Part shown: piece after piece, positions 58,801-64,000 of the stretch | Layout: every line of letters begins with the position of its first letter | Position numbering within the stretch: the stretch's first letter is position 1 | NCBI GenBank assembly: GCA_041649155.1 | Contig: JBAZNP010000001.1 | Coordinates: 673,183 to 737,182, forward strand | From: Patescibacteria group bacterium | GTDB taxonomy: Bacteria; Patescibacteriota; UBA1384; XYA2-FULL-43-10; 1-14-0-10-43-13 | Reading direction: 5' to 3' | DNA: 64,000 bases | Notes under the pieces: model-generated | What the model saw: only the letters and a program-made list of their open reading frames with translations | The model's database searches: none | What the model was told of the DNA's origin: nothing | Made by a program: the position numbers and the translations under genes

Positions 58801-61472
58801 CCTGACCCGCCATTACGATTTAAGGTTAAAACCTTGCCTGATGCTCCAGCCAAAGTTAACGAGTTTGAGATTGTCTGAGTGGAACCAGAAGTGAAAGAAA
58901 CGGTTTTGCCTGAAGTCGATCCCGAAGAATTAATAGCCAATTTATTAAATGTGCTACTACCTGAGATAACAGAAGCGCCATCATTAACAATACTGACTGT
59001 TTGGGTTGTGGCACCTCCTCCAACCTTTGAATTAAACGAACCGCCGGATATACTCCAATTACCGCTGACATTCACATCCTGATTATTCGCGTCAAAGACA
59101 CCATTGCTATTGGTAATGTTACCTGAAACAGCCAAAGCATTGGTTACAAGTTGCAGTGTTCCGGCTCCGGAATGAGTAAGATTATTAAATATTTGAGATG
59201 CACCGGTGCCACCGCTGTTCAATGTCTGTGTGCCTGATGTTTTAGTAAAGTTGACGGTGGAAGTGCCGGCGGTAAAAGTGCCATTGTTTGTCCAGTTACC
59301 GGAGACAGTAAATGTTGACGTACCAACGCTGCCATTCGTACCAGCATAAAGCACTCCGCCTGTATTTACTGTCGTATTTACGCAAGAAATATTGTAGCTA
59401 GTTGTGCCAACATATGTATTTAGAGTCGCGTTAGTGTCAACTGTAAGACTACCGCTCATGGCATTACTAGAAGTAAGGCTGCCAGTTAAGTTATAACTTT
59501 CAGCTGATGCGGGAGCAAATTGAAGATTATTGTAAGCCAATGTGGCAATATTAACATTGCCGCCAGAATTAAGTGCAGTATATTTGACTGTAGAATTACT
59601 GCCTGGATCTAGACTGCCATTAACAGTCAATACATCGGCGGCAGAGCCGGTACCAGCCAGAGTCAAAGTATAACCAGAAGAGCTAAGATTAAAAAAATTC
59701 ATACCAGATATATTTACACTATCTGCTGTAATACTTGAAGCAAGAGCGACTATATTAAACTCGGGAAAATTATTAGTTTTGCTAATAGTAACTGAACCCA
59801 AATTTTGAGGCGTAGCATTGGAATCGGTATAGGTTGTTGTAGTAGTAGAGCCATCAAAAGTAACACCAGCTCCTTTAGTAAAAGTAGTACCGTTAGACAA
59901 TGAAAAATTACCGGCAACTGTCATAGCCAAATTGTTTGTTCCAGCATCAAATGTGCCGGCAGAGTTGGTAAAAACACCGTTAACATCAAGGGCACTAGTG
60001 TTTAACTGCAAAGTTCCAGCACCTGAATGAGTCAGGTTGTTAAAGAACTTTCCTGTCCCTGTTCCACCGCTATTTAATGTTTGGGCGTCGGAAGATTTAA
60101 TGAAATTAACAGTCGAAGTTCCGGCAGTGAAGGTATCAGAGTTTGTCCAGTTTCCGGAAACATTCATATTAATAGTTTTTGTATCATTGGCAATAATTTT
60201 ATTATGTCCTCCTCCATCGTAGATAGTAATATTGTTTGTTGTAATAAGTGATTCTGAAGCACCTGAATTGACTATTTGACCGTTACGTGCTGTATCGCCG
60301 CTATTACCTATATTTAAATTTCCACCTGTACTAGTTAGACTGTGGCCTTTAAGATCTAGGGATCCTACTGCATTATTGCCATCAGAATAAACGTAAATGG
60401 TATCAGACGCAGTAACGTCTCCATTAAGCTCAAAAGTTGTGAGAGCACTGGCTTCGGTTCCACTATTAACCACAAGTCTGGCATAGAAAGTGCCAGCTGG
60501 GATTTTGTAGGTCTCTCCGTTTGCTCCATACCATTGTGCGTTTGATTTTCCGGTGAAATTAGCTCCATTGGATACTATGCATGGATCAGCTAACTGGTTG
60601 CCAGTAAACTGAACAGCAGAATAATCTCCCGCAAAATGCCCCGTGCTATCGCCTGCCAATGTAAATAAGTGAGAAACTTGAATGTTGCCGAGATTAGTAT
60701 TGGTTTGGCCAGTGTGGGCGACTTCTAGATCATAGAAATAGCTGCCGTTAGTAATACTACCTGATAACATCATTCTCACTGTCGAAGTGTTGTAATTAAA
60801 TGTTCCAGTTCTAGCCCAATCTCCATACACAATCAATGTCGATGATCCAGCTGTAACTACTCCACCGGTGTTAATGGTCATTGAACCAAAGGTAATATTG
60901 TTGTTGCTGGTGGTAAGAGTACCGGTGACAGAGATACTTCCTAGGATTGTATTGTCTGTGTTGTTTAGGTTTAGATCATTAACATCAAGCGTAACTGATC
61001 CACTTGGTATAGATACATCATAAGCTGTTGCTGCAGTTTGACCTGGATATTCTCCATTACAATTTGACCAGTTAGCGGTGCTTGACCAGTTGCCTGTTGT
61101 TCCATCCCAAGTACAAACATAGTCAGCTGCTTTGGCTAGATTGGGTCTACCTAAAAGAGGAAACGAGAAAAAGAGAGCACTTGATAATAGAATGACTAGC
61201 AATGCACCTGCATGCACTTTAGTAGCATAAGGTTTTGTGTGCCAGTTATAGTACCAACTGTATCTTACTCTGCAATAGTTATGCACAGGAGCAAAGAATG
61301 AGAAAGTAGTTCTGGTTGATTTCTGGATAGCAAGGAGCTCCTGATCGATCTTTTGGAGTTCTTTTAGTCGATCTTCTCCCTTTTCGACAAGTTCATCGAT
61401 CCTCTCTTTGTCTTGGGGAAGAAGACTTGCTTTACGCTTTATAAGTTTGAGTTTACGTAAAAAATTCCCCAT
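55848..61472 (-). CDS. giant cell-surface protein (1874 aa): N-terminal cytoplasmic coiled-coil, TM anchor, beta-helix-like repeats, three Ig-like repeats, two FN3-like domains
   Basis: TM HAGALLVILLSSALFFSFPLL. Duplicated block of about 400 aa (GTSTVNF(I/T)K(S/T)S...TLNSGGTG...FNNLTHSGAGTLQL...) rich in Gly/Thr/Asn. Three repeats YYRWGSSGD(Y/F)(L/S)TYSTP(V/L)TAPEG. Two ...VSWKT.../...VSWDT... FN3-like modules with conserved tyrosines (YHAK/YHFR). Confidence 0.55.
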   Translation of the reverse strand: MGNFLRKLKLIKRKASLLPQDKERIDELVEKGEDRLKELQKIDQELLAIQKSTRTTFSFFAPVHNYCRVRYSWYYNWHTKPYATKVHAGALLVILLSSALFFSFPLLGRPNLAKAADYVCTWDGTTGNWSSTANWSNCNGEYPGQTAATAYDVSIPSGSVTLDVNDLNLNNTDNTILGSISVTGTLTTSNNNITFGSMTINTGGVVTAGSSTLIVYGDWARTGTFNYNTSTVRMMLSGSITNGSYFYDLEVAHTGQTNTNLGNIQVSHLFTLAGDSTGHFAGDYSAVQFTGNQLADPCIVSNGANFTGKSNAQWYGANGETYKIPAGTFYARLVVNSGTEASALTTFELNGDVTASDTIYVYSDGNNAVGSLDLKGHSLTSTGGNLNIGNSGDTARNGQIVNSGASESLITTNNITIYDGGGHNKIIANDTKTINMNVSGNWTNSDTFTAGTSTVNFIKSSDAQTLNSGGTGTGKFFNNLTHSGAGTLQLNTSALDVNGVFTNSAGTFDAGTNNLAMTVAGNFSLSNGTTFTKGAGVTFDGSTTTTTYTDSNATPQNLGSVTISKTNNFPEFNIVALASSITADSVNISGMNFFNLSSSGYTLTLAGTGSAADVLTVNGSLDPGSNSTVKYTALNSGGNVNIATLAYNNLQFAPASAESYNLTGSLTSSNAMSGSLTVDTNATLNTYVGTTSYNISCVNTTVNTGGVLYAGTNGSVGTSTFTVSGNWTNNGTFTAGTSTVNFTKTSGTQTLNSGGTGASQIFNNLTHSGAGTLQLVTNALAVSGNITNSNGVFDANNQDVNVSGNWSISGGSFNSKVGGGATTQTVSIVNDGASVISGSSTFNKLAINSSGSTSGKTVSFTSGSTQTISNSLTLAGASGKVLTLNRNGGSGSDQYTIAIPASFTSDQYIQVANSNITGGIITPGNYSNVIDSGNNNGWNFVYTAPIVISVSNPVSPNGSNNWFKTTAPTITLSAESIGPVVTGIYYRWGSSGDYLTYSTPVTAPEGTNSLYAYATDEANNSGLDDPSITEYKVDTAAPSAVDISVSPSEVNGINGYYKGTAPSVTFSETDALSGAGSIYYRWGSSGDFSTYSTALTAPERVNTVYYYGVDIAGNVSSTFNREIKLDTVNPSSSSSINPASPDTNGYYTSAPTVTLSATDVDSSGVSGIKYRWGNGDWADYSSAITAPEGNNILTYYAVDNAGNSNSLSPGSREVKVDTITPDLSSITPAASANPTNNLTVSFNWNAASDGNGSGIKEYLVYIGSISGGTDIVNGTTVTTNSISKTFASVGTYYIRIKAVDNVGHISSFSLEGSVLIDQTSPVITLDNLTSGQYVNSKSIALSGTASKPIVGLNKVEIQIDNGDWNTTTLSSQSEDLSSNSWNYEWKDYTEGNHTIVARALDNAGNEKATSTFSVIVDSIAPTIPSDLRVFNVSNTAASVYAIYLDFAGSNDDTSLIKNYEVFKGDAKIGDINPKKENTNTNYTGNESQPYYLLDADVTSGDYVYKVKAVDNAGNSSETGVVKVNTTGKAIETDVISDPKGTASSVVAKDKTTVTVSWKTVYPATSLVEYGASTSYGNKTELDESLNQGHNVLLKDLKPATTYHAKVTSKDIYGKELVSEDISFTTKPAPEDKSILKIIIDTLQGLFRVLTTTNTKAADTTSSDTNSLESLQGFSNNLLVTDVSFKEKGFYQNVLTFPKGSKVEKSNDDSSYSSINTDSNGYFIDKGLSLNTTFRYRINDGLPVVRKPIVGDDSTLEVTNSKVIEESVLVAKDKVQLTVSWDTNRGASSQVEFGTSGNYGQKTREEESLNMGHSVTLEDLAPDTAYHFRTTSKDANGNTAVSGDFTFTTPTAQKDKGPLEVILESLQRIFGFVKL

Positions 61473-61562
61473 CCTGTGTCCCCCGCCAATTAAATAGTTA
61501 TAACAACATTATAATACACAAAAAGCAAAACACAAAATTTTCTATAGGATTCATGCGATCGA

Positions 61563-61662
61563 CGTCATTCCGACTCCTTGGCTTTGTCCAAGGATGGAGG
61601 AATCTTTTAATTAATTAAAACTACTATAAAAAGATCCCTTCATTTCAGTCGGGATGACAAAG
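61563..61662. repeat. palindromic mini-element E10 (two halves)
   Basis: cgtcattccgactccttggctttgtccaaggatggaggaatc ... gatcccttcatttcagtcgggatgacaaag. Lies 90 nt upstream of the giant gene start on the - strand. Confidence 0.6.
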
Positions 61663-61728
61663 TGAGAAGTCGGGCTAGCAGAAGATGGTAAAAATTGATT
61701 AAACGCGTAAGTCTCACAATTAAAATAA

Positions 61729-64000
61729 TCATTCGTTTTGGTTGTTGTGACAAATATTGTAGTATGCGCAAACACCGGAACTTTTCTTGCAAGCCTGTTC
61801 TTCGAGGTGAAATTCCAAATTTATGATTTTATCATACACCTTTTCCACGGTTGTTTTGAATTCTGAGTATTGCTTGTCATCAATCGGTAGCGACACCCTT
61901 TTAAATTTCTTATCAGCAGAAGACGCTTTGTCCGGAGAAATAAAATCAAATTCAATTTCTCCGACCTGCCATTGAAAGATTGGATCAACCTCAGAAAGAA
62001 GCTTATAGAAATAAGCCTGATACATTAACTTTGTATCCTTCTCCTTTGTATTACCAAGTATGAAGTTTAGTGATTTAGGCGAAGATGTTTTGTAATCAAT
62101 TATTCGAACGTTATTGGATAATTTATCAGCCAAGTCTATTCGATCAATTTTTCCGGTAACCGGAATATCCTTAAAATGTACGTCATGTTTAGAAAAGTCA
62201 TATTCACAAGACAAAGGAATACCTCTGCTTTGCCAGTCTTTATCGTAAAAATCGTAGTATTTTGAAAGAATTTCTTGCCCAAATTCAATGGCTCTTTTGC
62301 GTTCTTCTACGGTGAAAATTTCCTCTTCCAGTGCTCCAAGAAAATCACCGATAAATTCTTCCTTGCTTGGTAATTTAAAATCCCTTCGATACTTTTTAAA
62401 AAGTAATTCCAAAGCTTTGTGAACGGCTGTCCCATAACTCTGAGTAAAGTCTTTAGTTTTCGGCACACGTAGTATATTGTCATAGAAAAATCTCTGAGGA
62501 CATTCAAGGTAGCTATTTAATGCTGTCGGACTTAGTTTAAAATCGTGAATTAATTGTTCCAGGAAATGGGACAATGCTTCAGAGGGTTCCCACTTTTTTT
62601 TAGCGAAAGTTAGTTTGAGGCGTTCGTCGAATTCGTTTTCATACTTTATCACACTTATTCTGGAAATAAGATCGGAAGAAAGCTCTGTAATAAATTTAGA
62701 AGGAACTGTTAAACTAATACTGTCAGCTTCTCCATAGGCAGTGGCATGTGTCAAGAAAATTTGTTTCTTTGCTCGTGTCAAAGCGACATAAAAAAGACGT
62801 CTTTCTTCTTCATCTTGTGCTATGGTTTCAGAAGACGGGTCGTCATCTTGAGTTGATTTTAGGATAGATTTAGGCAGTTTAATCAGTTCTTTTTTAACCT
62901 TGTTACCCCAATGTTTATCTGTGCAATGGATTAGAAAAACATATTCAAATTCTAGCCCCTTTGATTTATGGGCTGTCATTAAGTGTACACCTTCATAGTT
63001 TGCGGAGAGTTCTTTTTGTTTGATCGATAAATTATTTTCCTGTAAGAGCCCAATATATTCCAAAAATCCATTTAACTTCAAGTTCTTGTTTTTAGTATTA
63101 ATTGTCTTTATTTCGTCAAAAAGAGTTTGAAGTCGATTTAAATGATGAACGGATTCACCTAATGACAAAAGATAATTTAAATAACCAGTGGCGTTTATGA
63201 TGTGCTCAAATGCATGAGCGAAAGCGGCAGTATTGGCAATGTGACGGCATTCCAAAAAAGTATTTACAAATTCTTTAACAGCATTTGGTTCATCTAATTC
63301 TAACTCCTCCAGAATTTTGGGTGACGAAACTATGTCAAATATGTTTTTTCTTTTTTTATTAGTTTCAACTACTATTTTGTAAATGTCCAATGGAGAAATT
63401 CCGAAGAATGAATAATGCATAACTTCCATTAAAAGCTGATTGTCCACTTGCTTGACGCCAAAATTCAAGGCTTTCAAGTAGGTTATTATTTTATCTATCT
63501 CAGGATCTTCCAAAATATTGCCTCCGACTTCAATAATATAAGGAATGTTTAATTTTGAGAGAAAGTCGATCAACTCTTCTGAATCTCTATGTTCTTTGTA
63601 AAGAATGGCTATTTCATTGGGAGAAACCTTATTCTTTATTAATTCCTCAATTTTTTTAGCCACAAAGTAAGACTCAACTGAGCCATTTGAAAATTCGGCC
63701 AATTCAATGTCACCAGTGACATTCTGAAGTTGGCTTTTCAGTTTCTTTTCAATATTTAAACGTCCGGCAATTTGATTTTTGTTATTCTGAATTAACGTTC
63801 GGGACACATCAAGAATTTTTTGAATAGACCGGTAGTTATTTTCCAGTACGATCATTTTAGCCTCCGGGTATAATTCTTTGAAAAAAATAATATTTTCAAG
63901 CGAAGCTCCTTGAAAGCGAAAAACCGACTGTTCGTCATCACCCACAACAAAAATATTTGGGTTTTCATAAAAAGATCCCAATAGTTGGACAATGCTGTTT
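61729..64000 (-). CDS. UvrD/PcrA-family helicase fused to C-terminal RecB-like PD-(D/E)xK nuclease (AddA-like); 5' end lies beyond the window
   Basis: Helicase motif II at the window edge (VVGDDEQS), motifs V-VI (TAHKSKGLEFEYVFL, ALTRAKKQIF), C-terminal nuclease motifs (DRIDL...IIDYKTS), and a terminal Cys cluster. Confidence 0.7.
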   Translation of the reverse strand, partial: NSIVQLLGSFYENPNIFVVGDDEQSVFRFQGASLENIIFFKELYPEAKMIVLENNYRSIQKILDVSRTLIQNNKNQIAGRLNIEKKLKSQLQNVTGDIELAEFSNGSVESYFVAKKIEELIKNKVSPNEIAILYKEHRDSEELIDFLSKLNIPYIIEVGGNILEDPEIDKIITYLKALNFGVKQVDNQLLMEVMHYSFFGISPLDIYKIVVETNKKRKNIFDIVSSPKILEELELDEPNAVKEFVNTFLECRHIANTAAFAHAFEHIINATGYLNYLLSLGESVHHLNRLQTLFDEIKTINTKNKNLKLNGFLEYIGLLQENNLSIKQKELSANYEGVHLMTAHKSKGLEFEYVFLIHCTDKHWGNKVKKELIKLPKSILKSTQDDDPSSETIAQDEEERRLFYVALTRAKKQIFLTHATAYGEADSISLTVPSKFITELSSDLISRISVIKYENEFDERLKLTFAKKKWEPSEALSHFLEQLIHDFKLSPTALNSYLECPQRFFYDNILRVPKTKDFTQSYGTAVHKALELLFKKYRRDFKLPSKEEFIGDFLGALEEEIFTVEERKRAIEFGQEILSKYYDFYDKDWQSRGIPLSCEYDFSKHDVHFKDIPVTGKIDRIDLADKLSNNVRIIDYKTSSPKSLNFILGNTKEKDTKLMYQAYFYKLLSEVDPIFQWQVGEIEFDFISPDKASSADKKFKRVSLPIDDKQYSEFKTTVEKVYDKIINLEFHLEEQACKKSSGVCAYYNICHNNQNE

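Noticed and set aside
1-64000. tRNA or rRNA genes
   Set aside because: No T-arm-like GGTTCGAAT-type motifs or cloverleaf candidates found by eye, and no rRNA-like segments. Infernal or tRNAscan would be needed to exclude these formally.

Overview
This 64 kb window looks like a low-GC (about 35%) Patescibacteria/CPR-like bacterium (inference from compact genes, leaderless-looking starts and a truncated Mfd), using the standard genetic code (UGA is a stop). From 0 to 48.4 kb every gene is on the + strand; from 49 to 64 kb every gene is on the - strand. The + block holds a prepilin-like cluster, trpS, rnhA, ileS, an FtsW/RodA protein, rplU-secE-nusG-rplK, mfd, dprA, topA, recR, cysS, a Dus enzyme, prfB, ybaB, pth, rplA-rplJ-rplL and tgt. 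The - block holds secDF, rluD, a polysaccharide deacetylase, rmuC, a 1874-aa surface protein and a partial UvrD/AddA-like helicase-nuclease. The 600-bp AT-rich convergence zone between the two blocks contains a 28-bp dif-like palindrome, so it is a candidate replication terminus. The most unusual content is a + strand module at 34.4-48.4 kb. It starts with a consensus promoter and a 400-nt structured leader. It encodes a secreted protein, a 1181-aa protein with glycine-zipper helices, two further unknown proteins, and two tandem paralogous TraG/VirD4-like ATPases with a long N-terminal domain. Between the two ATPases sit a 168-aa unknown protein and an orphan sigma-70 region-4 protein. I interpret this as a candidate uncharacterised secretion or DNA-transfer system. 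A family of palindromic mini-elements (GTCATTCC ... GGATGACA) occurs at least eleven times, often a few nucleotides 5' of start codons and three times in-frame inside genes (tgt, a DUF167 protein, a 596-aa protein). Also present: a 40-nt hairpin repeat flanking a Cas2-like/wHTH ORF, a GC-rich island of secreted Cys/Pro-rich proteins, several candidate structured RNAs, and a disrupted ribosomal-protein gene cluster. No tRNA, rRNA or CRISPR array was recognised.
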